DNA from: a virus
Length of the DNA stretch: 64,000 nucleotides
Strand: one strand, 5' to 3'
IMG/VR virus record: IMGVR_UViG_3300025085_002722
Span: 1-64,000 of that record
Shown one piece after another: positions 29,473 to 39,030 of this stretch (positions are counted from its first letter, which is position 1; the number at the start of each line of letters is the position of its first letter). A model generated the notes under the pieces. That model was not told the DNA's origin and did not search any database. It saw only the letters and a program-made list of their open reading frames with translations. The translations under genes and the position numbers were made by a program.

Positions 29473-30037
29473 TTTTGATGTAGATATCGATATGGCTAAC
29501 CGCGATAAACTGCTTTGTGTGTTAGATAATATCACAGGTAGTATCAAACGTCCAGGTGGTATGGAAAAACACAACACAGGCGTTTATATACAGCCTATAC
29601 CCCATGATCCTGTAACAGGATTAAGTAATATTGATCACAAAGAAGCAGATGATTTAGGTTATTTTAAATTAGATGTACTGAACAATAGTGTATACAACAA
29701 TATAGAATCAGAGCAGGAGTTAGATAAATTATGTAATCAAGAACCTGTATGGGATTTATTTGGTGCTAAAGAAATTGTAGAACAACTATTTCATATCAGC
29801 AATCATTTTGATATTGTGAACCAACATAGGCCTACAAACATAGACCAACTAGCAATGATACTTGCAATGATAAGGCCTGGTAAAAGATATCTTGTAGGTA
29901 AAAGTTGGAGTGAGATTGAAAAGGAAGTATGGATTAAAGGTGACAACGAAACGTACTCCTTTAAGAAGTCTCACGCATATAGTTACGCAATGGCTATAAT
30001 TGTTCAGTTAAATAAATTAGTCAGCCTTCTTGACTAA
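29462..30037 (+). CDS. Miniature DNA polymerase III alpha (DnaE)-like protein, 191 aa
   Basis: Ordered DnaE motifs: FDVDID, KHNTGV, GYFKLDVL, LFHI, AMIRPG, YSFKKSHAYSY. Confidence 0.8.
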   Translation: MKIDFDVDIDMANRDKLLCVLDNITGSIKRPGGMEKHNTGVYIQPIPHDPVTGLSNIDHKEADDLGYFKLDVLNNSVYNNIESEQELDKLCNQEPVWDLFGAKEIVEQLFHISNHFDIVNQHRPTNIDQLAMILAMIRPGKRYLVGKSWSEIEKEVWIKGDNETYSFKKSHAYSYAMAIIVQLNKLVSLLD

Positions 30038-30388
30038 TTGAATTGTTCTTCTTTTAATTCTTTTCTTAACTAGATTATGAATGCTGGTCACTGGACCAAA
30101 TATGATATCTATATCTTTGTTATTGAATGTTTTTAAACAATTCCTAAACTCTCTCATCTCATTAAATAAAAACACATCAATTGGGATTTGACGATTACTT
30201 TCCCACCACCATGTTTCGCCTAATTCTACAAATTGTTTCTTTTCTTCAGGTGCTACTAGCACATTATAATCGTAGAAAGATGTGACTGCATTGTCTTGAT
30301 TTTGAACTATACCAAAGTATTCTTTCTCACCATATGTAAGCATAGTAAAGAAAGGAAACTTTTCTTGTATTTCCTGTTGGTCCTGCAT
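30017..30388 (-). CDS. Hypothetical protein
   Basis: Start reassigned to ATG 30388 (TATAAATA-aaaat-ATG on minus strand); contains LGETWWWESNRQIPI. Confidence 0.72.
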   Translation of the reverse strand: MQDQQEIQEKFPFFTMLTYGEKEYFGIVQNQDNAVTSFYDYNVLVAPEEKKQFVELGETWWWESNRQIPIDVFLFNEMREFRNCLKTFNNKDIDIIFGPVTSIHNLVKKRIKRRTIQLVKKAD

Positions 30389-30438
30389 ATTTTTATTTAT
30401 ACCTTTGTAGATAAATACATTATAAGGAATGAACATGT

Positions 30439-31257
30439 ATGAGCAATTTAACACTATTAATGTATCAATCAAACACACTGAATCTTGTAAAGAAGCAGGA
30501 AAATTATTATGTGGATAACAGAAGTATGAACAGAAAAGAATTTATAGTACACAAAGGTATGGACAATATCGTGTACATCAATATTACAAATCAAGACAGA
30601 AAAAAAGAAAATGTGTATAATAATGATATACAAGCAGACATTATCAAATACTCTACTAACGAAAAAGTATTGACAAGGTTTGCAGTACCTGGTCTTAATA
30701 AAGGTACAGCAGAACTCAAACTGTCAGAAGAAGATATGAATTCTTTAGTCGAAGGACAATACAAAGTGTCATTTAAAAATGTTGCAGACGATGGTACTAA
30801 GACTCCAATCTATTCTGATTACAACAATGGAATACTTTGCACATTAATAGTAAAGAATGATGCAAATCCTTCGCCAGTACCAACACAGGTTGCAAATGTA
30901 TGGAACCAAACAAGTAGTTTAGAAAACGGCGATGCGGCAAATGTTTTCACAAGCGGTTCATTTGAAGGCAATCAACACAAAAACTTTAGAGATGCAACAC
31001 ATACAATAGGAATATACTCAACCGAATTTACAGGAAACGTGTTTGTAGAAGGCAGTTTAAGTTTACAAGCACCTTCAAGCGATGATTCAAATTGGGCAAG
31101 TGTACCTGTAGTAAACAATTTAGAAAGAATACCAATGGCAAATGTGTCCGGTGTAACTTATTACAGTTTCACGGGCAACTTCAATTTCTTAAGATTTAAA
31201 TATTCTCCTGGTTCAACTAATTCAGGATCATTTGATAAAATTCTTTTAAGAAATTAA
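30439..31257 (+). CDS. Hypothetical late, probably structural, beta-rich protein
   Basis: 272 aa; late promoter at 30411 and SD-like AAGGA; FTGNVFVEGSL and FTGNFNFLRFKY. Confidence 0.65.
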   Translation: MSNLTLLMYQSNTLNLVKKQENYYVDNRSMNRKEFIVHKGMDNIVYINITNQDRKKENVYNNDIQADIIKYSTNEKVLTRFAVPGLNKGTAELKLSEEDMNSLVEGQYKVSFKNVADDGTKTPIYSDYNNGILCTLIVKNDANPSPVPTQVANVWNQTSSLENGDAANVFTSGSFEGNQHKNFRDATHTIGIYSTEFTGNVFVEGSLSLQAPSSDDSNWASVPVVNNLERIPMANVSGVTYYSFTGNFNFLRFKYSPGSTNSGSFDKILLRN

Positions 31258-31265
31258 ATAACAAT

Positions 31266-31796
31266 ATGCATAAATTAAACAATGGCATTCATGCCTGTGT
31301 GTTTCCTACCCGGTGTGGGACCAGATGGATAGCACAGAAATTATTTGAAAACAAATTATTAGATTATACCGCACCTAATCATGTATTGGACACTAACGAG
31401 TATGACAGTAATTTACAAAATATTATGTTTGTGAGAAATCCATTTACTAGAGAACGCAGTATATTTAGGTGGAAGGCCGTAATACAAAAAGACATTTATG
31501 AAAATATCACTTTTAGTGATTATGTAAACAGTGAATTATTCTACCACGAGCCATCGTTTGTAGGAACATACCAAGACAACATAAAACTAATTGATAAATT
31601 TGTACATCTGGAAGACGTAAGTAATTTTTTGCATAAAACATTTAACATAACAAGCAAGTACATACTCGACTATCATATTCCAGCAGATGAATTAGATGAC
31701 ATAACAGCATTTGATAACAATATGAAAGACCGAGTACTAGACAAGTATGCACAAGACATAAAACTGATAGATTTTAACTTGACTTCATACTTATAA
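31266..31796 (+). CDS. Sulfotransferase-family-like protein
   Basis: PTRCGTRWI resembles the 5'-PSB loop and FVRNPFTRERS the 3'-PB motif; also FVHLED and YAQD. Confidence 0.6.
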   Translation: MHKLNNGIHACVFPTRCGTRWIAQKLFENKLLDYTAPNHVLDTNEYDSNLQNIMFVRNPFTRERSIFRWKAVIQKDIYENITFSDYVNSELFYHEPSFVGTYQDNIKLIDKFVHLEDVSNFLHKTFNITSKYILDYHIPADELDDITAFDNNMKDRVLDKYAQDIKLIDFNLTSYL

Positions 31797-31807
31797 TCTA
31801 GTATAAT
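31779..31807 (+). promoter_or_regulatory. sigma70-type promoter for primase-helicase
   Basis: TTGACT, 17 nt, TATAAT, then 7 nt to ATG 31815; no SD. Confidence 0.75.
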
Positions 31808-31814
31808 AACAGCA

Positions 31815-32804
31815 ATGGAGCACTCTGACGCAATACAACAGGTACATGAGTTGTTGACAACTCACTTGCCTCACAAACATAAAAAGACACCTGCAGGTTG
31901 GGTGACTTTTAATTGTCCTATGTGCAATGACAAACGAGGCAGAGCAGGAGTAATATCCACAGGTCCTAAGATTGCGTATAATTGTTTTAACTGTGGTTTC
32001 TCAACTGGCTGGAGTCCTAGCAAAAAGATTGGTAAAAAATACAAAGACCTTGCAGTAAAGTTAGGTGCAACTAACGAAAGTGTAAAGAAACTTGTACTAG
32101 AACTAATGAAAATAGAAGAGTTTGATAACGAAAGTGACGATATTGTTATAAGTTATGAAAAATTCAAACCAGTAGAATTACCAAATGTAATAAATGTAAG
32201 AGATGTTCCGCAATTACCATACAACGAAACACATGAAAAAATAATGTTGTATGCAAAAGAAAGAAAACTGTTAGATACAAATTATGATTTGTTTATTTGC
32301 GATGACTTTATGTTAAAAAATAGACTAATTATTCCTTTTTACTACAACCAAGAAGTAGTAGGTTATGTAGGTAGACATATAAATCCGCCTACAAAAGAAA
32401 CTCCTAAGTACATAAACAACAGTCAAGCAGGATATGTGTTTAACATAGACAAATACATTTACTCAGATAGAGATATTGTAGTAGTAACAGAAGGTGTTAT
32501 TGATGCTATACTAATAGATGGTGTAAGTGTGTTAGGTAATACTATGAACGAAAGACAGATACAACAGATAAATTCGTTAAATAAAAAAGTAATACTTTGC
32601 CCGGACAGAGATGCGCCAGGTAAAGATTTAATAAGGCAGGCCGCTGAACTAGGGTGGGAAGTAAGTTTCCCACCTTGGCACACAGACATAAAAGATGTAG
32701 GCGATGCGGTACTCAAATATGGCAGACTTTTGACATTATCTAGTATAATTAAATATGCTGTCGCAAATAAAATTAAGATTGAAGTACAGAGTAAAATGTT
32801 ATGA
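31815..32804 (+). CDS. DNA primase (gp61-like)
   Basis: Zn ribbon CPMC..CFNC, RLIIPFY, TOPRIM VTEGVIDA and PDRDAPG, KDVGD. Confidence 0.9.
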   Translation: MEHSDAIQQVHELLTTHLPHKHKKTPAGWVTFNCPMCNDKRGRAGVISTGPKIAYNCFNCGFSTGWSPSKKIGKKYKDLAVKLGATNESVKKLVLELMKIEEFDNESDDIVISYEKFKPVELPNVINVRDVPQLPYNETHEKIMLYAKERKLLDTNYDLFICDDFMLKNRLIIPFYYNQEVVGYVGRHINPPTKETPKYINNSQAGYVFNIDKYIYSDRDIVVVTEGVIDAILIDGVSVLGNTMNERQIQQINSLNKKVILCPDRDAPGKDLIRQAAELGWEVSFPPWHTDIKDVGDAVLKYGRLLTLSSIIKYAVANKIKIEVQSKML

Positions 32805-34186
32805 GTGATATAAAAGAATACGGCGAAGATATACAAGAACTGTTTCTAAGATTTTTAGTTACAGATCCTGATGTATTTGTAAGGGTAAACAATATTGTTG
32901 AGCCTTATATGTTTAATAGAAAATACAGAGATGCTGTAGAGTTCTTAAAAGATCATGCTAACAAATATGCTAGTATTCCTACATTAGAGCAACTTGAAGC
33001 AGTAAATGGCTTAGATTTAAAGCCAGTTGAAGATGCACATGACAGTCACATGAGTTGGTTTATGGATGAGTTTGAAACATTCTGTAGACATAAAGCATTA
33101 GAAAAAGCAATACTAGATAGTACAGACTTATTAGAAAATAAAGACTATGGTAGTGTAGAGGCACTTATCAAAGAAGCAACTGGCGTAGGTTTAGTAAGTG
33201 ATTTTGGTTTAGATTATTATGAAAATCCTAAAGAAAGATTACAATGGATTAAAGATCAAGCAGGAGCAATAAGCACAGGCTGGAAAAACTTCGATCAAAA
33301 GTTATATGGTGGACTTAATAGGGGAGAACTTACAGTATTTGCAGGTGGTTCAGGTGCAGGTAAGAGTTTGTTTTTACAAAACTTAGGTGTAAACTGGAGT
33401 CAAGCAGGACTTAATACTGTTTATTTGAGTCTAGAGTTAAGTGAACAACTGTCAAGTATGCGTATTGATGCTATGGTTAGTGAGTATGCCACTAGAGATG
33501 TTATGAAAAACATGGATGATGTGGACTTAAAAGTGCGTATGAAAGGTAAAGGTGCAGGTAAATTCCGCATAAAACAGATGAGCAATGGTGTAAATGCCAA
33601 TGATATTAGGTCGTTTTTGAGAGAATATGAGATACAAACAGGCATCAAAGTAGACGCATTATTGGTAGATTACTTGGATTTGATGATGCCAATTAGCGGA
33701 AAAGTTAGTCCGAGTGACTTGTTTATTAAAGACAAGTATGTATCAGAAGAATTGCGTAACTTAGCAGTTGAATTAAATGTGTTATTAGTTACAGCATCGC
33801 AGTTGAACAGGGGTGCTGTGGAAGAAATAGAATTTGATCACAGTCATATTGCAGGTGGTATTAGTAAAATACAAACAGCAGATAATGTTGTGGGTATTTT
33901 TACAAGCAACGCCATGCGAGAACGTGGTAGATATCAAATACAGTTTATGAAAACACGTTCTAGTAGCGGTGTTGGTAGTAAAGTAGACCTAAAATTCAAC
34001 CCAGAAACCCTAAGAATTGAAGATTTAGAAGAAGATGAAGAGACGTATGACACTATTAATACGATAACTATGACCGAAACACTTAAAAGATCATCAGCAA
34101 TCAGAAGCGACGAAGACGCAACTGACGACAATGTCGACATAGTACAGCAAGGTTTGGAACTTAGGAATCTCCTCAAGAAGAAGTAA
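32801..34186 (+). CDS. Replicative DnaB-like helicase (gp41-like)
   Basis: GGSGAGKS, SLELSE, VDYLDL, TASQLNR, MKTR. Confidence 0.93.
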   Translation: MSDIKEYGEDIQELFLRFLVTDPDVFVRVNNIVEPYMFNRKYRDAVEFLKDHANKYASIPTLEQLEAVNGLDLKPVEDAHDSHMSWFMDEFETFCRHKALEKAILDSTDLLENKDYGSVEALIKEATGVGLVSDFGLDYYENPKERLQWIKDQAGAISTGWKNFDQKLYGGLNRGELTVFAGGSGAGKSLFLQNLGVNWSQAGLNTVYLSLELSEQLSSMRIDAMVSEYATRDVMKNMDDVDLKVRMKGKGAGKFRIKQMSNGVNANDIRSFLREYEIQTGIKVDALLVDYLDLMMPISGKVSPSDLFIKDKYVSEELRNLAVELNVLLVTASQLNRGAVEEIEFDHSHIAGGISKIQTADNVVGIFTSNAMRERGRYQIQFMKTRSSSGVGSKVDLKFNPETLRIEDLEEDEETYDTINTITMTETLKRSSAIRSDEDATDDNVDIVQQGLELRNLLKKK

Positions 34187-34216
34187 TTTAGATAAATATG
34201 CTTAAACGGAGATAAA

Positions 34217-34483
34217 ATGTCCTTAAATCACAGATCAATTCTACAAGAACTTAACTCAATAGTTTCAGAAAGAGACAAATTAAATGTAATTGAGTCTAGA
34301 GGCAATCATATTATTAAAAGTGCCTTAAATCTTATTGAATTAATACAAGAAAACTTTGACGAAGCAGAGGCGTTAGATCTTCAACGACGTCTGATAAATT
34401 CTATTAAAGGTAATAGACCTGAAAGATTTGTTAAGGGCGTACAGATTATTAAAGAATCAAGGTCCAAAACAAATGAAGATTAA
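34217..34483 (+). CDS. Hypothetical late protein
   Basis: 88 aa; late promoter 34192-98 plus SD GGAG. Confidence 0.7.
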   Translation: MSLNHRSILQELNSIVSERDKLNVIESRGNHIIKSALNLIELIQENFDEAEALDLQRRLINSIKGNRPERFVKGVQIIKESRSKTNED

Positions 34484-35267
34484 CGAAGTCATATTACGCG
34501 AAGAGGATAGTTTAGCAGACTATCAAAAAAAAGCACCTGCTAAAAAATGGAAAAACATTGTTAGTGATCCAGCATACTCTCATGTAGAATTTGAAGTTGA
34601 CGGCTATCCGTACAAAGGATATATAGACAATAAAGCCAATATATTTTATGTATATGACGAAAGGCAACAAGATTTTATTCCTGCAGATCCTTCTTTTACT
34701 AGAAGAGCATTTCAAAGAAACACATCAGCAAGAATTAAAAACCTATTAAACTTTAAAAGATGGGACGATGTTAAAGCATGGTGGGATGCCACTAATCAAG
34801 ATAAGCCAGGCGCAGGTGTTGCCGCTAGGTATCAAGATGACAACTGGTTTGTAAAAGGCATGGCAACAGTTGGAGCCAGAGCAGGTGGTAAATTAGATAA
34901 CTATATTAAAAATCGTAGAACTAATAAACAACAGGGCACTACATGGGAACAAGTGTATGGTGTCCAACCTCCAAAACCTGGTGATAAAATACAATGGAAA
35001 ACTAGCGATAATGTTTTAAAAACTGGTGAGTTTATACAATTTACAGCAGATTCAGACGGCGACGGAGTACCAGATGTACAAATAAAAGGATTCTTTAACC
35101 CAGATAACCCAAAACAATCAACTACAACAGGTATCCCTAGTAAAAAAATTATCAGTATTAACGGTGTTAAACTTGTAACACAAAAATTATCAGGTAAGCA
35201 AAAGAAAAAATTAACTACACTAGATCCTGCAGATTCAGGAATAGAAAAAATAGACACGAGTTATTAA
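34473..35267 (+). CDS. Putative capsid-internal protein (tag MKINEV)
   Basis: Start reassigned to ATG 34473; N-terminus MKINEVILRE. Confidence 0.65.
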   Translation: MKINEVILREEDSLADYQKKAPAKKWKNIVSDPAYSHVEFEVDGYPYKGYIDNKANIFYVYDERQQDFIPADPSFTRRAFQRNTSARIKNLLNFKRWDDVKAWWDATNQDKPGAGVAARYQDDNWFVKGMATVGARAGGKLDNYIKNRRTNKQQGTTWEQVYGVQPPKPGDKIQWKTSDNVLKTGEFIQFTADSDGDGVPDVQIKGFFNPDNPKQSTTTGIPSKKIISINGVKLVTQKLSGKQKKKLTTLDPADSGIEKIDTSY

Positions 35268-36535
35268 TGAGAGCAGTCGATCTTACTAAAGGATACTTAA
35301 CTGAATGTGTGATTCATCACAGACTAGATGAAAGCAAAAACACTCACCTTGAACATTTAGAAGATTTAATTTTTAATGACGGATTACCTGGAGGTAAACA
35401 AGCAATACAATACCTTCACAGTTTTCATGAGATGCTGAAAGGTAGTGCTAAAACAAAATTCAACTTAACAACAAAATGGGACGGTGCTCCAGCAGTATTT
35501 GTAGGTACAGACCCAGCAGACGGTAAGTTTTTTGTAGGTACTAAAAGTGTATTCAACAAAAGAAATCCATTAGTAAACAAAAGCATCGAAGACATCAAAG
35601 CAAATCACGAAGCAGAAGGCTTACAAGAAAAATTAATTAGTGCATTTATGCATTTACAAAAATTAAATTTTAAAGGAAAAGTTGTACAAGGAGATTTACT
35701 GTACACAGACGACAGCATATCAGAAGCAAATATCAAAGGCGAAGAATTTATAGTGTTTAAACCAAACACAATTATATATGCCATTCCTAAAAACAGTAAT
35801 CTTGCAAATGATATTCTACGTTCAAAAATAGGCATAGTGTTTCACACAGAATATGTTGGCGGTGGCGGATTAGCAGACTTGTCAGCAAAGTTTGGGTTCG
35901 ACGCAAGTAGTTTAGGCAGTCACCCTGATGTCTGGCACAGAGATGCAATCATAAGAGACTACTCAGGGCAAGTTACTTTTACACAAGAAGAGTCACAAGA
36001 AATGGCTGAACTAATTAACAATGCAGATCAAAACTTGAAAGCAGTTACAGATTTAGACTTTCTTAAAAATAACGAATTTGGTGATGATTTAAGAACAAGA
36101 ATCAAAGCAAGTGTAAATAAAATTATCAGAGAATTAGTAGGTTTCGAACAAGATCCAAAAGTATTTGCTCAAAGATTTATTGCAGAGTATAAAGGCACAC
36201 TCAAATCAGCAGTTGAAAAACTAAAAAGTGATGACGGTAAAGTAAGAAAAACAAAATTAATGATAGACGGTATTAAATTTTTAGAAAGCAACCAAGAAGA
36301 GATAGAAAAAGCATACGTTGTGTATTTAGATTTGATCAAAGCAAAAGAAATGATAATTAAAAAATTAGCAAACATAAGACAAATAGACACGTTTGTACAA
36401 AACCAAGAAGGCGACTATGATGTTACAGGTGAAGAAGGCTTTGTTGCTGTTGATCATATTGGAAACGCAATTAAATTAGTTGACAGATTAGACTTTAGTG
36501 TTAAGAATTTTGGTACAGGGAGACCAGGAGCATAA
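35267..36535 (+). CDS. Conserved phage protein with RNA-ligase-like (covalent nucleotidyltransferase) motifs
   Basis: KNTHLEHLED, TKWDGAP (motif I KxDG), VQGDLL, EEGFV, IKLV. Confidence 0.6.
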   Translation: MRAVDLTKGYLTECVIHHRLDESKNTHLEHLEDLIFNDGLPGGKQAIQYLHSFHEMLKGSAKTKFNLTTKWDGAPAVFVGTDPADGKFFVGTKSVFNKRNPLVNKSIEDIKANHEAEGLQEKLISAFMHLQKLNFKGKVVQGDLLYTDDSISEANIKGEEFIVFKPNTIIYAIPKNSNLANDILRSKIGIVFHTEYVGGGGLADLSAKFGFDASSLGSHPDVWHRDAIIRDYSGQVTFTQEESQEMAELINNADQNLKAVTDLDFLKNNEFGDDLRTRIKASVNKIIRELVGFEQDPKVFAQRFIAEYKGTLKSAVEKLKSDDGKVRKTKLMIDGIKFLESNQEEIEKAYVVYLDLIKAKEMIIKKLANIRQIDTFVQNQEGDYDVTGEEGFVAVDHIGNAIKLVDRLDFSVKNFGTGRPGA

Positions 36536-37302
36536 TGGAAACACCCAAAGAGCAAAAACAAGCACAATATCAATTCATAGGCGATCTACAAGAAAGTAGA
36601 TTATATAGAACCACTGAAGGATTTAAGCCATATAATAAAGTTGATCTAGCAGAATTACTAATGGTAACAACTATGCTGGTGTATGTGTTTGCACAAGATA
36701 AGAAATATAGGCCATTTGCAATACAATATGCAAATGCAAATGTAAGACACGGAAAATATCGTGCAAGTAGATTAGGTGCTAATGATCATTACATGATTGC
36801 TTACACAATAAATTCTAAGTATAAAAAAGATTATAAATTTAACGAACAACTTATGCATCAGTTTATGACAGACATAGCAAAAGGTAAAATTCCAAATTCA
36901 CTTTACTTTTTAAGATTACAAAGACAACTTAAAATTAAAGATATGGTAATACAAAATGTTAGAAGATTAATATCAGACTGGAGCAGATTGAAATATAGGC
37001 AAAAGCAATTAGCAGTTACAAAAATGTTACACATAATGCGAGCCAAAGCAGTAAGAAGTGATTTATACAAAACATTAAATAAGTTTGCAAAAGAAAGAAA
37101 CTATAAATTAGTTAATGCAACTAACACAGAATTAGACAAAGCAACTGATCAAACAACACTTAAACGTTTAGCAGTAGCAGGTGCATCGGCATACGTTGGT
37201 GCAGAATTTGGCCCAAGAATAACAGGCGGAAGGTTAGGACCTAAATCCGCGGCTGGGTTGGCAGGTATTGCCGCATACTGGCAAAGTAGAAAAAGGTCAT
37301 AA
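36535..37302 (+). CDS. Hypothetical protein
   Basis: 255 aa, TAATG-coupled; Gly/Ala-rich hydrophobic C-terminus. Confidence 0.7.
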   Translation: METPKEQKQAQYQFIGDLQESRLYRTTEGFKPYNKVDLAELLMVTTMLVYVFAQDKKYRPFAIQYANANVRHGKYRASRLGANDHYMIAYTINSKYKKDYKFNEQLMHQFMTDIAKGKIPNSLYFLRLQRQLKIKDMVIQNVRRLISDWSRLKYRQKQLAVTKMLHIMRAKAVRSDLYKTLNKFAKERNYKLVNATNTELDKATDQTTLKRLAVAGASAYVGAEFGPRITGGRLGPKSAAGLAGIAAYWQSRKRS

Positions 37303-37310
37303 ATAGTATT

Positions 37311-37892
37311 ATGAGAATCGACGAAGTAATAATCCAAGAAATCAGTCAGGCACAAAAAGATGCAATGAAACAGATGCGAGATATCCATATTCAGCGAAGA
37401 ATACAGGGTGTTGGTACTGATACATCTACATATGGTCGCGATATGGGGCAGGCAGTTGGAACAGATGTAGAGGTGGGAGATTTAAAAAATGTACCTGATA
37501 AAGGCACTACTGATGCCGATGTAAGAGGCACGTCACAAAAAGATAAAATAAGCAAAAGGACAGAGCCTCGTAAAAAAGACGGTCCTAGTGATGCTGAGTT
37601 AAGAGCCAAAGCAAGAACAGCCGCACTAAAAGGTACATCACGTAGAGGATTAAACACCAAAGACGGTGATGATGTTAGAACTGGTAGCGATGGCAGAAAA
37701 TTAAGACATCAAAAATACTACGGTAATCCTGCATTTGATCCTGATGCAGAATACGATTCAGTACTACCAAGTTTTGGCATTAAAAAAGGTCTTTCAAAAG
37801 CAAGAAATACAGTAGCATCTTATATCCGAAATCCAAGCGATACAATGGCTAATTTACGATATAAATTTAAAGATTTACTGTCTGGAAAGTAA
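37311..37892 (+). CDS. Putative capsid-internal protein (tag MRIDEV)
   Basis: ATAAATA-gtatt-ATG; N-terminus MRIDEVIIQE; low-complexity charged body. Confidence 0.68.
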   Translation: MRIDEVIIQEISQAQKDAMKQMRDIHIQRRIQGVGTDTSTYGRDMGQAVGTDVEVGDLKNVPDKGTTDADVRGTSQKDKISKRTEPRKKDGPSDAELRAKARTAALKGTSRRGLNTKDGDDVRTGSDGRKLRHQKYYGNPAFDPDAEYDSVLPSFGIKKGLSKARNTVASYIRNPSDTMANLRYKFKDLLSGK

Positions 37893-38015
37893 AAAATCCA
37901 ATAATTTTCAATTTCAAAACTCCAAAAAATCAATAGTCTTTGATAAATAAAAGTAACCAAGTTACAAAGATATGTTAAACAAAACACTTTGTAACACAGA
38001 ATTAGGAGACCAATA

Positions 38016-38258
38016 ATGGCATTAGTAAGATTAGAGGCAAACCCAGCATCAGCAGGTGAAGGTAACGGATTAGGTTCACAAACACATATCGTAACATATG
38101 ACGATTTAGATTTAGCAATCGCTCAGTGTTCAGCAGGTGGATCTATTGCAGGTGTTGACGTTTCAACAACAAATTTAGCAGTTCAAACAACTCAATCTGC
38201 TTCAGACGTTTTAGCATTCGCTAACGTAACAGCAGTAGTGGCAAGTTTTTCAGGCTAA
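38016..38258 (+). CDS. Small, probably abundant virion protein
   Basis: 80 aa with its own late promoter (37943-49), 5' hairpin, SD AGGAG and terminator. Confidence 0.68.
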   Translation: MALVRLEANPASAGEGNGLGSQTHIVTYDDLDLAIAQCSAGGSIAGVDVSTTNLAVQTTQSASDVLAFANVTAVVASFSG

Positions 38259-38284
38259 TAACTAACTTAAAATTTAGAAATTTT

Positions 38285-38311
38285 AACCCCCTTTTTAAGG
38301 GGGTTTTTTTT
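38285..38311 (+). terminator. Rho-independent terminator
   Basis: AACCCCCTT-TTT-AAGGGGGTT followed by a T-run. Confidence 0.85.
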
Positions 38312-38382
38312 GGCTATTAAAATAGTGCCTGAATATACTGAGAAAATGATAAATATGCTTATAACAGTGACAGGAGACACAT

Positions 38383-38787
38383 ATGGCACAAACAAGATCA
38401 GGTGGACTTCTAACATCAAGTGAGGTACTCACAGGAGATGTAGAATTTTTTACGTTGTTCACCACAATAGACATAACTGCCACAGACGATTTTACAGACG
38501 ATACACAAAAAGATTTTGAAAGTTTAGTACAGGTAATTAGTTTGAGAGCACAACCTATGCTGATGAATACACCAATTGCAGTCGACGGAGTTTCGGCAGG
38601 ACTAGATGATTACGGTGCACCAACATTGACAGGTGCAGGTTGGGTATTTAAGTTTGCATTTGAGAGACTAGGTGCTCACACATTAGACACACTGAAAGAA
38701 GAATTAAACGGTATTGTTCTAAACGGCGGTACAGTTGATACAAAAAGTTCAGTAAATACTGAATTTTCTAAACAGGATGTATTATAA
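38383..38787 (+). CDS. Hypothetical late (probably structural) protein
   Basis: 134 aa; late promoter 38349-55 plus SD AGGAG. Confidence 0.7.
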   Translation: MAQTRSGGLLTSSEVLTGDVEFFTLFTTIDITATDDFTDDTQKDFESLVQVISLRAQPMLMNTPIAVDGVSAGLDDYGAPTLTGAGWVFKFAFERLGAHTLDTLKEELNGIVLNGGTVDTKSSVNTEFSKQDVL

Positions 38788-39029
38788 TGGCAGACAAAAA
38801 ATTAGATAGCAAACCAGCAGAACAGTTGTATGCTAATGAACCAGATTTAAAATCACAAGTTATTGCTGACATGCTGAGAATAGAGCAAGTCACAACAGAA
38901 ATAAAAGAATTCAAAGTCGAAGTAAAAGATCATTTTGCTAAAATAGAGAATTGGCTTGTAGGTATTATGGCAGGTGTATTTGCAACAATGTCGAGTTTGA
39001 TAATCGCATTAATATTTAAGTTATTTTAA
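38787..39029 (+). CDS. Small coiled-coil protein with C-terminal transmembrane helix
   Basis: WLVGIMAGVFATMSSLIIALIF at the C-terminus. Confidence 0.68.
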   Translation: MADKKLDSKPAEQLYANEPDLKSQVIADMLRIEQVTTEIKEFKVEVKDHFAKIENWLVGIMAGVFATMSSLIIALIFKLF

Positions 39030-39030
39030 A

